64,000 bases of DNA from Candidatus Spyradenecus sp. (GTDB lineage Bacteria; Verrucomicrobiota; Verrucomicrobiia; Opitutales; UBA953), in contig JAZSKX010000007.1 of the NCBI GenBank assembly GCA_045535075.1, forward strand, positions 128,001 to 192,000. The letters run 5' to 3'. The notes below the pieces were generated by a model. That model made no database searches, had not been told where the DNA came from, and was given only the letters and a program-made list of their open reading frames with translations. Of this stretch, positions 1 to 8,488 are shown piece after piece (position 1 is the stretch's first letter; every line of letters begins with the position of its first letter). The translations under genes and the position numbers were made by a program.

Positions 1-118
1 TTGCGCGGGAACGGCGTTGCGGTTCGGGGCCGGACGAAGCAGGTTGCGAAAAATTCTCCGGAATGAATGCTTCGGAGGGAATTTCGTCGGGCTCAAAAAA
101 TGGCGCTTCGTCGGACAT
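1..118 (-). CDS. 5' part of an unidentified gene running off the left edge (MSDEAPFFEPDEIPSEAF...)
   Basis: ATG at 118 on the minus strand, open to position 1; preceded by a promoter-like TTGCAA-17-CATCAT; not in the ORF track because it is truncated. Confidence 0.45.
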   Translation of the reverse strand, partial: MSDEAPFFEPDEIPSEAFIPENFSQPASSGPEPQRRSRA

Positions 119-263
119 GTAAGGATTCTGAAAAATTAAAGAACCATGATGACGGAATTCTCCGCTCTTTGCAAATTGTTCCCGCAAACAAATTGAGAAA
201 TTCAGATAGGACGTTCAGCCGAATCCGAAGATGACACAAAAGGCGTTTTCCGAGATAAAAAGA

Positions 264-302
264 AAAACGCCCTGCGGGAACGTTTCGCGGGGCGTTTTGT
301 TT
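264..302 (-). terminator. Intrinsic terminator downstream of kdsA, containing a GCGGGAACG copy
   Basis: AAAACGCCC...GGGCGTTTT inverted repeat with A/T tails on both sides. Confidence 0.7.
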
Positions 303-408
303 GTAAACGGTAACCGGACAAGCTGTTACCGAGGTCTGACAGAACCGGAACTTTCTCCGGGCCTTAAGTTTTGCTTTTCTCCCAAAAACAAATTTCCGAA
401 GCGGTCCT

Positions 409-1209
409 TTACCGTTTGGATTTGACGATTTCCCAAATTTTGAGGCAATCGCCGACCAAATCTTCAAGCGCAGTAAGCGGGAGTTGCGTTGCGGCGTCGG
501 AAATCGCTTTTGCCGGCTCGGGGTGGGTTTCGAGGAAAAGTCCGTCGGCGCCGGAAGCGACGGCAGCGCGAGAAAGCGCGGGAACGAATTCGCGTTGCCC
601 GCCGGAAGCCCCCATCATCGCGCCGGGGAGTTGGACGCTGTGCGTCGCATCCATAATCGTCGGCGCGCCGGTTTTTCCCATAATTGAGAACGAACGCATG
701 TCAACGACGAGATTTTGGTACCCGAACGCCGTTCCGCGGTCGGTCAGCCAAATTTCCCGTGCGCCCGAGAGCGCGAGCTTGTCGTAAACGTAACGCATTT
801 CCTGCGGGGAGAGGAATTGACCCTTTTTGACGTTGACGCAACGCCCGGTTTTGGAGGCGGCGAGAAGTAGATCCGTTTGGCGGCACAAAAACGCCGGAAT
901 TTGGAGCACGTCGCAGACTTGTTTCACCTTCTCGCATTGTTCGGGAAGGTGAATATCCGTGAGAACGGGAAATTTATATTCACGTTTGACCATCGCGAGC
1001 AGTTCCAGCCCGGCGTCCATGCCGGGGCCGCGCGCTCCCGTGAGCGAGGTGCGGTTGGCTTTGTCGAAAGAACCTTTGAAAACGATATTGAGTTGCGGGA
1101 ACTTTTCGCGTAGCTCGCTGAGCTTTTCTGCAACTTTACGGCAGACGGTTTCGTTTTCAAGGGAGCAGGGACCGGCGATGAGCAGGAATTTCTTAGAATC
1201 GTAAATCAT
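409..1209 (-). CDS. kdsA: 3-deoxy-8-phosphooctulonate (KDO8P) synthase
   Basis: [36 protein letters not shown] and DATHSVQ motifs; start set at MIYDSKK. Confidence 0.97.
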   Translation of the reverse strand: MIYDSKKFLLIAGPCSLENETVCRKVAEKLSELREKFPQLNIVFKGSFDKANRTSLTGARGPGMDAGLELLAMVKREYKFPVLTDIHLPEQCEKVKQVCDVLQIPAFLCRQTDLLLAASKTGRCVNVKKGQFLSPQEMRYVYDKLALSGAREIWLTDRGTAFGYQNLVVDMRSFSIMGKTGAPTIMDATHSVQLPGAMMGASGGQREFVPALSRAAVASGADGLFLETHPEPAKAISDAATQLPLTALEDLVGDCLKIWEIVKSKR

Positions 1210-1337
1210 ATGGATAGGGTAAAATGCGTCTTTCCATTTTTCAGAGAAGCACTTGCGGTGCAACGCCAAAAATGTATTCTTCCCGAAGAAAATCGCTCTT
1301 GACGCGGCAAAAGTCTTTTGAGATTTTCTTGAAACTT

Positions 1338-1901
1338 ATGGCAAATACAACCGTCAATAACATTAAGCGCAAAAACATCATCCGCTATAACAACGATCTC
1401 TGCCTCGTTCTCGAATGCCAAGTGCGCACGCCTCCGAACAACGCTTCCTACTGCCAAATGGAACTGCGTTCTCTTTCGTCCGGGCGCGTCATTCCGGTGC
1501 GTACGAATATCGGAGCTTCGTTTGACGTTCTCGAAAATTCGATCAAACAGCTCGAACTCCTTTATCAGGCAGACGGAAACTACGTTTTCTCCGACGCGGA
1601 AACGTTTGAAGAATATCCGATTTCGGCGGCATCGCTCAAGGAATCCGCAGGCTTCCTCGTCGAAGGTCAAACCTACGATATTCTCTTTGTTGAAGAAAAG
1701 CCGATTACGGTCAATCTTCCTGCGGCTATCGAAGTAAAAGTTACCGAAGCTCCGCCCGCCGTTAAGGGCAACACCTCCGGAAACGCGCAGAAAGCCGTTA
1801 CGATTGAAACCGGGCTTACGGTCATGGTTCCGCTCTTTATTGCTGAAGGCGAAGTCATCCGCATCAGCACGGAAAACAAGGCTTATCTCGGTCGCGCATA
1901 A
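1338..1901 (+). CDS. efp: Translation elongation factor P (atypical loop)
   Basis: 187 aa with EF-P architecture: YLY-like LLYQADG, VKGNTSG, ETGLTVMVPLFI and C-terminal YLGRA. Confidence 0.93.
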   Translation: MANTTVNNIKRKNIIRYNNDLCLVLECQVRTPPNNASYCQMELRSLSSGRVIPVRTNIGASFDVLENSIKQLELLYQADGNYVFSDAETFEEYPISAASLKESAGFLVEGQTYDILFVEEKPITVNLPAAIEVKVTEAPPAVKGNTSGNAQKAVTIETGLTVMVPLFIAEGEVIRISTENKAYLGRA

Positions 1902-1923
1902 TCGCAAATTCGAGTTTTTTCGA

Positions 1924-1962
1924 GCGTTCCCGTAGACTTCAAAGTCGCGGGAACGTTTTTTT
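1924..1962 (+). terminator. efp terminator whose stem is an inverted pair of the CGTTCCCG motif
   Basis: GCGTTCCCGT-agacttcaaagtc-GCGGGAACGT followed by a T-run. Confidence 0.85.
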
Positions 1963-1992
1963 GTCGGTTTTTCGGGAATTCGTCGAATGTGT

Positions 1993-2021
1993 TTGCATTC
2001 ATCGGAAGAAACCTAGAGACT
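1993..2021 (+). promoter_or_regulatory. Putative sigma70 promoter of the RRM gene
   Basis: TTGCAT-17 nt-GAGACT directly upstream of the structured leader. Confidence 0.4.
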
Positions 2022-2028
2022 GCGCGCC

Positions 2029-2128
2029 GACTTTTTGAGGTCCGCTGCTTCAGATGGTAAGGTAACGCCGTTTTTCCGGCGTTCTTTGAAACCCGACGGT
2101 CGGGAACAATGAAGCAGCTTCAGAAGTC
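2029..2128 (+). ncRNA. Candidate structured 5' leader (multibranch RNA) of the RRM gene
   Basis: Outer pairings GACTTT/GAAGTC and GCTGCTTCA/TGAAGCAGC enclose the hairpins AACGCCG/CGGCGTT and CCCGAC/GTCGGG. Confidence 0.5.
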
Positions 2129-2144
2129 AGATAGTATAGATTAC

Positions 2145-2615
2145 ATGGATAATAAGTTATTCGTCGGCAATCTCGCTTGGGAAACCAACGAGGACGATTT
2201 AAAACAACACTTCAGCCAATTCGGCAACGTGGATTCCGCTGAAGTGATGCGCGATAAATTTACGGGACGCGCGCGCGGCTTCGGCTTCGTCGTCATGTCC
2301 ACACCGGAAGAAGCGCAACTTGCGATTGAAAAGACCGAAGGTGTCGAATTTATGGGGCGCCCGCTCAAGGTCAATATTGCGCGTCCGCGAGAAGACACGC
2401 CTCCGGAGCGTCGCAGCTTCGGCGGTCCCCGCGGCGGATTTGCTCCGCGTCGTCGGGAAGGCGGATTCAGTCCGCGCCGCGAGGGCGGATTCGACGGAGG
2501 GCGCCGATTCGGAGCGCCTCGCGACGGCGGCTTCAAAAAACGCCCTTTCGGGAACAGACGCCCGGGCGGATTCAGAAAAGGACCGCGTACGTTTGATGCC
2601 GGCGGAGAAGTTTAA
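2145..2615 (+). CDS. RRM-domain RNA-binding protein with Gly/Arg-rich tail
   Basis: RNP2 KLFVGNL, RNP1 RGFGFV, C-terminal RREGGF repeats. Confidence 0.93.
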   Translation: MDNKLFVGNLAWETNEDDLKQHFSQFGNVDSAEVMRDKFTGRARGFGFVVMSTPEEAQLAIEKTEGVEFMGRPLKVNIARPREDTPPERRSFGGPRGGFAPRRREGGFSPRREGGFDGGRRFGAPRDGGFKKRPFGNRRPGGFRKGPRTFDAGGEV

Positions 2616-2623
2616 TTTCCCGC

Positions 2624-2661
2624 AAAAAACTCCGATTTTCTCCGGAAAGTCGGAGTTTTTT
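2624..2661 (+). terminator. Intrinsic terminator
   Basis: AAAAAACTCCGATTTT...AAAGTCGGAGTTTTTT. Confidence 0.8.
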
Positions 2662-2713
2662 CTTTAAGCGTTCCCGCGAAATTTTTACGCTTGCCGCATT
2701 CCCGTTTACCCCT

Positions 2714-5074
2714 ATGGAAATCGAAGATAAAATCTTAGAGCTTATGCAACGGAAGGATTATGTTCCGTTGCGACTTGATGAACTTTACAAAGCAATCGGC
2801 GGAACCGGAAAAGTTTTTTCTCGCCTCAAAAAAATCCTGCCGCGCATGGTGCGCGACGGTAAAATCGCCCAGGTTAAGCGCGACCGCTATTGTTTGCCGG
2901 GCGATGCAAACTTAATCAGCGGTAAGATTCATTTCCGTTTCGGAGGCTCCGCAAAATTGATTCCCGACGTTCCCGCCGACGGCTCCGAACCGCATCCGCC
3001 GGTTCATATTCGCGCCGAAGATACCGGCGTCGCGTTGCCGGGCGATCGCGTGGTTGTCCGCATTGAGAAAAAACGCCGTAAGGGCGGATTCCGAGAAGCG
3101 TATGCAGCTGACGATAATTTTGAGTTCGGAGCCGTCGTTAAAATCCTCGAGCGAGCGTTTACAACAACGACGGGAACGCTCCACTGCACGCGTTATGCAT
3201 GGATGGTAACGCCGGACGATCCGAAAATCGGCATGGAAATTCTCGTGCAGGACCCGGCGCGATCGCCGCTGTTCCCGCAACCGAAAGACGGCGAAAAAGT
3301 CATTGTCCGCCTCAACGAATGGAAACGCCGCAACGAAAACCCGACCGGAGAAATCGAAAAGGTCTTGGGCGTTTCTCACACGCCTCTTGCCGAGTATCGC
3401 GCAATTTTATACCGCTATAATCTTTCGCCGAAGTTCCCTGAAGCCGTCAATCGGGAACTGAGCGGAATCGAGGAAACGCTTTCTCCCAAAGAAATGAGAG
3501 GGCGAAAAGATATTCGTAATGTTTTTACAATTACAATTGATCCTGATGATGCAAAGGATTTTGACGATGCGCTCTCAATCGAGTTTTTGGACGGCGGGAA
3601 GCGGCGCGTCGGCGTTCACATTGCCGACGTCTCGCATTACGTCCGCCCGGGAACGGCACTTGATGCCGAGGCGCGCGCCCGCGGGAACTCGACCTATCTC
3701 GTCGGAACCGTAATTCCGATGCTCCCGCACGTGCTTTCGAGCGGTTTGTGTTCGCTGGTCGAAAACGAGAGCCGCCTGACGAAGTCTGTTTTTATCACGT
3801 TCTCTCCGACGAACGAGATTCTCGCAACTGAATTTTCCAATACGGTTATTGCTTCGCGCAAGCGGCTGACTTACGGGCAGGCGCTGGCACTGATGCAGGA
3901 AGACGATAATGCGGCGATCCGAACTATTCCGCCCGTTCCCGCGCATCAGTCCGGGCATCCGGGGCGGTCGCTTGCGGAGTTGAGCGATTCCGAGCTCAAC
4001 GAACTGCGGGCAAACGTGCGTGCGCTCAATCAAATTGCCCGGAGCTTGCGGGCAGGGCGGATGTCTGCGGGCGCCTTGGATTTGGACATGCCGGAAGTCA
4101 AAATCTATGTCGATGCCGACGGATACGCCGACCGCATCGCGCAGACGTTCCACGATGAATCGCATCAGCTCGTCGAAGAATTCATGTTGCTTGCAAACGA
4201 AACCGTGGCACGCGAATTTTCGTGGGCGAAATTGCCTTATATTTCCCGTGTTCACGATCAACCGGAACCGGAAAAATTGGCGGACTTGCGGGAAGAACTT
4301 TTGGACGCGGGAATCAAAGTCGGAGATTTGACAAAACGCAGCGAGGTCATTCATCTGCTCAAAGTGCTTAATTCACGGGAAGACGCTTATCCGCTCCGTA
4401 TCCGATTTTTGCGAAGTATGAAGCAGGCTTGCTATCGCGCGAAAGCCGACGGCCATTACGGATTGGCAAAAACCTATTACGCGCATTTTACTTCGCCGAT
4501 TCGCCGCTATGCGGATTTGACCGTTCACCGTGTATTTGATTTTTACTTACAAAGAAATCGCCTTCCGAGCGCTCCCGCAAAAAAACTTGCCGCGCTTTCC
4601 GTTGCTGATTTGAACGCGTGCGCCGATCACATTTCCGACACGGAACGTTCTTCGATGGAAGCCGAACGCGAATCAACGAAAATCAAATTGCTCGAATTTT
4701 TCGAACGCGAAGAGCAAAGAACGAAGAAAAACGTTTTTGAGGCAGTTATCACCGATATCCGTTCCCGCGGGCTTTTCGTCGAACTGAAAATTTCTCAGGC
4801 TTTCGGATTGATTCCGCTTTCTTCGATGACGGACGATTTCTACCAAATTGCCGGAGACGGAACTTCGGTTGTCGGGCGACGCACCAAGCGGATTCTCAAG
4901 CTCGGGCAAACCGTTTCCGTTGAGATTGCCCGCGTAGACCGTTTTCGCCGCATGATGGATTTTCGTCTGGTCGCCGATGCAGACCGAAATGCCGGGAACG
5001 GGAATGCGAAATCGCCGCGCTTCCGCGTTGAAACCGGAAAATCAAAAAATCCTTCCCGCAGGCGGCGCCGCTAA
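2714..5074 (+). CDS. rnr: Ribonuclease R
   Basis: TIDPDDAKDFDDA catalytic motif, HFTSPIRRYADL, C-terminal S1 domain and basic tail. Confidence 0.95.
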   Translation: MEIEDKILELMQRKDYVPLRLDELYKAIGGTGKVFSRLKKILPRMVRDGKIAQVKRDRYCLPGDANLISGKIHFRFGGSAKLIPDVPADGSEPHPPVHIRAEDTGVALPGDRVVVRIEKKRRKGGFREAYAADDNFEFGAVVKILERAFTTTTGTLHCTRYAWMVTPDDPKIGMEILVQDPARSPLFPQPKDGEKVIVRLNEWKRRNENPTGEIEKVLGVSHTPLAEYRAILYRYNLSPKFPEAVNRELSGIEETLSPKEMRGRKDIRNVFTITIDPDDAKDFDDALSIEFLDGGKRRVGVHIADVSHYVRPGTALDAEARARGNSTYLVGTVIPMLPHVLSSGLCSLVENESRLTKSVFITFSPTNEILATEFSNTVIASRKRLTYGQALALMQEDDNAAIRTIPPVPAHQSGHPGRSLAELSDSELNELRANVRALNQIARSLRAGRMSAGALDLDMPEVKIYVDADGYADRIAQTFHDESHQLVEEFMLLANETVAREFSWAKLPYISRVHDQPEPEKLADLREELLDAGIKVGDLTKRSEVIHLLKVLNSREDAYPLRIRFLRSMKQACYRAKADGHYGLAKTYYAHFTSPIRRYADLTVHRVFDFYLQRNRLPSAPAKKLAALSVADLNACADHISDTERSSMEAERESTKIKLLEFFEREEQRTKKNVFEAVITDIRSRGLFVELKISQAFGLIPLSSMTDDFYQIAGDGTSVVGRRTKRILKLGQTVSVEIARVDRFRRMMDFRLVADADRNAGNGNAKSPRFRVETGKSKNPSRRRRR

Positions 5075-5166
5075 TTTTGTTCACTTCCGGAAATTTCAAA
5101 TGAGGCTTTAATTCTCGCGGTTCCCGTCGGGAAGCTGTTTACTTGCACATTATTTTTCCCAAAAAA

Positions 5167-6552
5167 ATGACACTTCTTGCGATACAACCGTTTCGTCGAT
5201 TTCGGAAAGCTTGCGTAACTCCGCCCGGCTCCAAAAGCATTACCAACCGCGCGCTTATTCTTGCCGCACTGCGTGCGGGAACGACGCGCCTTTCGGGAGC
5301 GCTTTTTTCTGAAGATACGCGAACGATGGTCGATTGCTTGCGCACGCTCGGATTTCGTGTCGTAGCCGACGAAGCGGCAAAGACGATTGAAATTTGCGGG
5401 CAAGGGGGAAATATTCCTGCCGACAATGCCGAGCTTTTTGTTGCGACGGCGGGAACGACGGCGCGTTTCCTCACGGCGATGCTCGCGCTGAAAAAAGGCG
5501 GTTGTTATAAAATCGACGGTAGCGAAGCAATGCGCAAACGCCCGATGTCAGGTTTGCTTGACGCTCTCACCCGCCTCGGATGCGAATTTGAATTTCACGG
5601 CGAGCGCGGATTTTTCCCGTTTACGATGCGGACGAACGGAATTGGCGCACGTGATATCGATGTTGATGCAAGTGCATCCAGTCAAATTCTGTCCGCACTG
5701 ATGTTAATCGCTCCGGTTGCGGGAACGCAAAACGGTACGGGAACTTTCGATGTTTTCCTGAAAGGCGAAACCGTTTCAAGACCCTTCGTCGAAATGACTG
5801 CGCGTATGATTGCTCAGTTCGGCGGCGCCGTTGAAACTCGCGGGAACTCCTTTACCTGCGGAGGAGCCTACGGGAACGGCAATTTTGGTTACGCGATTGA
5901 ACCGGATGCGACGGCGGCATCGTACTTCCAAATTTTACCGTTTCTCCACCGTTCCGGTGAAATTTGTATTCGCGGTTTGGATACGAACGGCTTGCAGGGC
6001 GACGCGGCTTTTGCCGTCGAACTGTCAACCCCGCCGCACGATTTACTTTTTTGCTCTCTGAATCAAAATACCGCAGGAAGCGGCGACTGCACCGTTACGG
6101 CGGGAACGGCGACGCGCGGATTCGATGTTGATTTTAATGCGATTTCGGACACGTTCCTGACTCTCGCCGCCGTCGCGCCGCGACTTGATGCGGGAACGCC
6201 GTTGACGATTCGCGGAATCGCTCATACGCGCAAACAGGAAACCGATCGTGTTTCGGCGATGGCAAACGAATTGGCGAAAATCGTCGGTGAAGAAAACGTT
6301 GTGCAAACGGACGATTCGCTGGCGATTACTCCGATTTCGCTTGAGGCTCTGCGTTCCCGCGCCGATGCCGCGCCCGGCGGGAAAATCCGTATTGCCACCT
6401 ACAAAGATCACCGGGTCGCGATGAGTTTCGGCATTCTCGGCACTTTTGATTTGCGCGGTGACGGGTCGCCGTGGATCGAAATCGAAAATCCGGAATGCTG
6501 CGGAAAAACCTTTCCGGATTTTTTCGACGTCTTAGAAAGCATTCGGAGCTGA
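5167..6552 (+). CDS. aroA: 3-phosphoshikimate 1-carboxyvinyltransferase
   Basis: PGSKSITNRAL, AGTTARF, SSQILSA, KQETDR and DHRVAM motifs. Confidence 0.96.
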   Translation: MTLLAIQPFRRFRKACVTPPGSKSITNRALILAALRAGTTRLSGALFSEDTRTMVDCLRTLGFRVVADEAAKTIEICGQGGNIPADNAELFVATAGTTARFLTAMLALKKGGCYKIDGSEAMRKRPMSGLLDALTRLGCEFEFHGERGFFPFTMRTNGIGARDIDVDASASSQILSALMLIAPVAGTQNGTGTFDVFLKGETVSRPFVEMTARMIAQFGGAVETRGNSFTCGGAYGNGNFGYAIEPDATAASYFQILPFLHRSGEICIRGLDTNGLQGDAAFAVELSTPPHDLLFCSLNQNTAGSGDCTVTAGTATRGFDVDFNAISDTFLTLAAVAPRLDAGTPLTIRGIAHTRKQETDRVSAMANELAKIVGEENVVQTDDSLAITPISLEALRSRADAAPGGKIRIATYKDHRVAMSFGILGTFDLRGDGSPWIEIENPECCGKTFPDFFDVLESIRS

Positions 6553-6553
6553 A

Positions 6554-7264
6554 ATGCGGACAATTCTGAATTTTATTCTCGGCGTTCCCGCGTTTTTTCG
6601 CCGGGGATTTTGTTTCTCGGAGGCAAGTTCCCGGGAAACGCCGTCGGCAGGAACTGTTATCTTAATTCACGGCTTACTGATGCGCGGAGCGTCGATGGCT
6701 TGGCTCGAAAAACGCTTTTCCGAAAACGGATTTCGTTGCTTTTGCTACGATTATCCGACGAGCCGTTTGGGAATTTTTCGACACGGGGCAATTTTGCGGG
6801 AACGCCTGACTGAGCTTTTAAAAACGATTTCACCGGAAGAGAAGATCTTTTTCGTTACGCATAGTATGGGCGGAATTCTTTTGCGTGTTGCGCTTGAATC
6901 GCTTGCCGCAAAAGAGCTGAAACGGATTGCTGCCGTCGTCATGCTTGCACCGCCGAACGGCGGCTCCTACTGGCCGGAACGAATCCGGAAGTTTTTTCCG
7001 CCGGTAAAGTTTTTCAATCGCTGTCTGCCCGATTTACGCCACACGGAAGATTCGCCTTTGAGAAAAATTTCGCTCCCGAAAAACGGCGCCTTTCCGCCGC
7101 TTTGTATTGTGCGCGGCGAGCACGATGCGAAGGTCGCACCGGAATTTTTAGCGCTTCCCGGCGTTCCCGCGAAAATGTGTTCTGCTTCCTGCGGACACGC
7201 CGCGCTCCGGCACTCCCGCGAAGCCTTTGAACATGCACTGGATTTTTTGAAGCGAAAGAACTAA
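6554..7264 (+). CDS. Alpha/beta-fold hydrolase (lipase/esterase-like)
   Basis: LIHGL oxyanion motif, THSMGG nucleophile elbow, LAPPNGGS. Confidence 0.8.
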   Translation: MRTILNFILGVPAFFRRGFCFSEASSRETPSAGTVILIHGLLMRGASMAWLEKRFSENGFRCFCYDYPTSRLGIFRHGAILRERLTELLKTISPEEKIFFVTHSMGGILLRVALESLAAKELKRIAAVVMLAPPNGGSYWPERIRKFFPPVKFFNRCLPDLRHTEDSPLRKISLPKNGAFPPLCIVRGEHDAKVAPEFLALPGVPAKMCSASCGHAALRHSREAFEHALDFLKRKN

Positions 7265-7292
7265 AATCTTGCGAAAATTTGATCACTCGCAC

Positions 7293-7667
7293 ATGAACAC
7301 CGAACCGCCGCCTTTTCCTTCCGTGACTCCTTCGCCGAAGAAACGCGATTATTTAATTCCGTCGATTCTGACGACCTTGCTTTGCTGTTTGCCTTTCGGC
7401 GTCGTGGCAATTGTCTGTTCCGTGCGGGCAAATTCAGCTTACGAATTCGGGAAATTTGATGAAGCCGACCGCTACTCCCGGCAAGCGTTTTGGTGGATGA
7501 TTGCAGGTGCAGTCAGCGGATTTCTGGCGATTGCCGCGTATATTTTGATTGTTGCGTTGGCGATGGTGGTTCCGGCGATTGTAGAAGGCTGCGGGAACAC
7601 CTGCGAACCGGATGTTCCCGCGGAGGAAATCCGGGAGTGGACGCTTCCCGAAGGCGAAGTAATGTAA
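7293..7667 (+). CDS. CD225/dispanin family membrane protein
   Basis: DYLIPSILTTLLCCLPFGVVAIV...A...G...A...S motif. Confidence 0.85.
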   Translation: MNTEPPPFPSVTPSPKKRDYLIPSILTTLLCCLPFGVVAIVCSVRANSAYEFGKFDEADRYSRQAFWWMIAGAVSGFLAIAAYILIVALAMVVPAIVEGCGNTCEPDVPAEEIREWTLPEGEVM

Positions 7668-7706
7668 TTGATTCCCTCTGGAAAATATTTGAAAATGTAC
7701 TCACTT

Positions 7707-7976
7707 ATGAAGAAACGCGATTACTTGGTTTGGTCTATTCTGACAACGCTCTTTTGTTGCCTTCCTTTCGGGGTTGTTTCGATTATTTATGCGACGAAAG
7801 CAAATTCCGCTTACGATGCGGGAAACTTTGACGAGCACACAAAGTGCGCAGACAAGGCAAAAATGTGGATGATTTTGGGCGCCGTTATCGGGTTTATCGT
7901 GTCGGTCGCCTGGATCGGAATTAATGTCGCCGGAGCGTTGGCGGCAGCGTCGCTTGAAGCTTCCGGAGCTTATTAA
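7707..7976 (+). CDS. CD225/dispanin family membrane protein (tandem paralog)
   Basis: DYLVWSILTTLFCCLPFGVVSIIYA motif, similar to the preceding gene; start uncertain (7695 or 7707). Confidence 0.85.
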   Translation: MKKRDYLVWSILTTLFCCLPFGVVSIIYATKANSAYDAGNFDEHTKCADKAKMWMILGAVIGFIVSVAWIGINVAGALAAASLEASGAY

Positions 7977-7978
7977 GC

Positions 7979-8395
7979 GTGTCGAAACGCTCTGAGCGTT
8001 TAATTCAAGGGTTGGTAATCCTTGCTCCTTTGGTTGTTCTCGCCTTGGCGGGAACAACTCTTTTTTTGTGGGGCGATTTTTTCGCGGAAGCGGCTAGGCG
8101 ATTGTCGCCGGGATGCTTTTCCCGCAAATGGTTTCACGTTTACTGCCCGGGATGCGGCGGAACGCGCGCGTTTTGCGCTCTGGCAAAGGGCGATTTTCTC
8201 AGTGTTCTGAAATATAATTGCTGGTGGATTCCGACGGCCTTTGTTCTTGCCGGAGAATACGTTGATTGGGCTTTGGAAAAACTCTTTCCGCAACGGAATT
8301 TTCCGGGCTGGAAAAAAGCCCGACGAACGTGGCTGAATTTCTACCTCGTCTTCACCGTCGCCTATATGGTCGCGCGCAATATTTGGCGTTTCTGA
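7979..8395 (+). CDS. DUF2752 domain membrane protein
   Basis: YCPGCGGTRA motif, GDF..YN, terminal RN; GTG start. Confidence 0.85.
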   Translation: MSKRSERLIQGLVILAPLVVLALAGTTLFLWGDFFAEAARRLSPGCFSRKWFHVYCPGCGGTRAFCALAKGDFLSVLKYNCWWIPTAFVLAGEYVDWALEKLFPQRNFPGWKKARRTWLNFYLVFTVAYMVARNIWRF

Positions 8396-8488
8396 GCAGG
8401 CGCTTTGCTATCGGGAACGACGGGCGAAGAAAAAGTAAAATGCCTTCGCGTTTGACCTGAGCGTTCCCGCCGATTACGTTTTCCCGCT

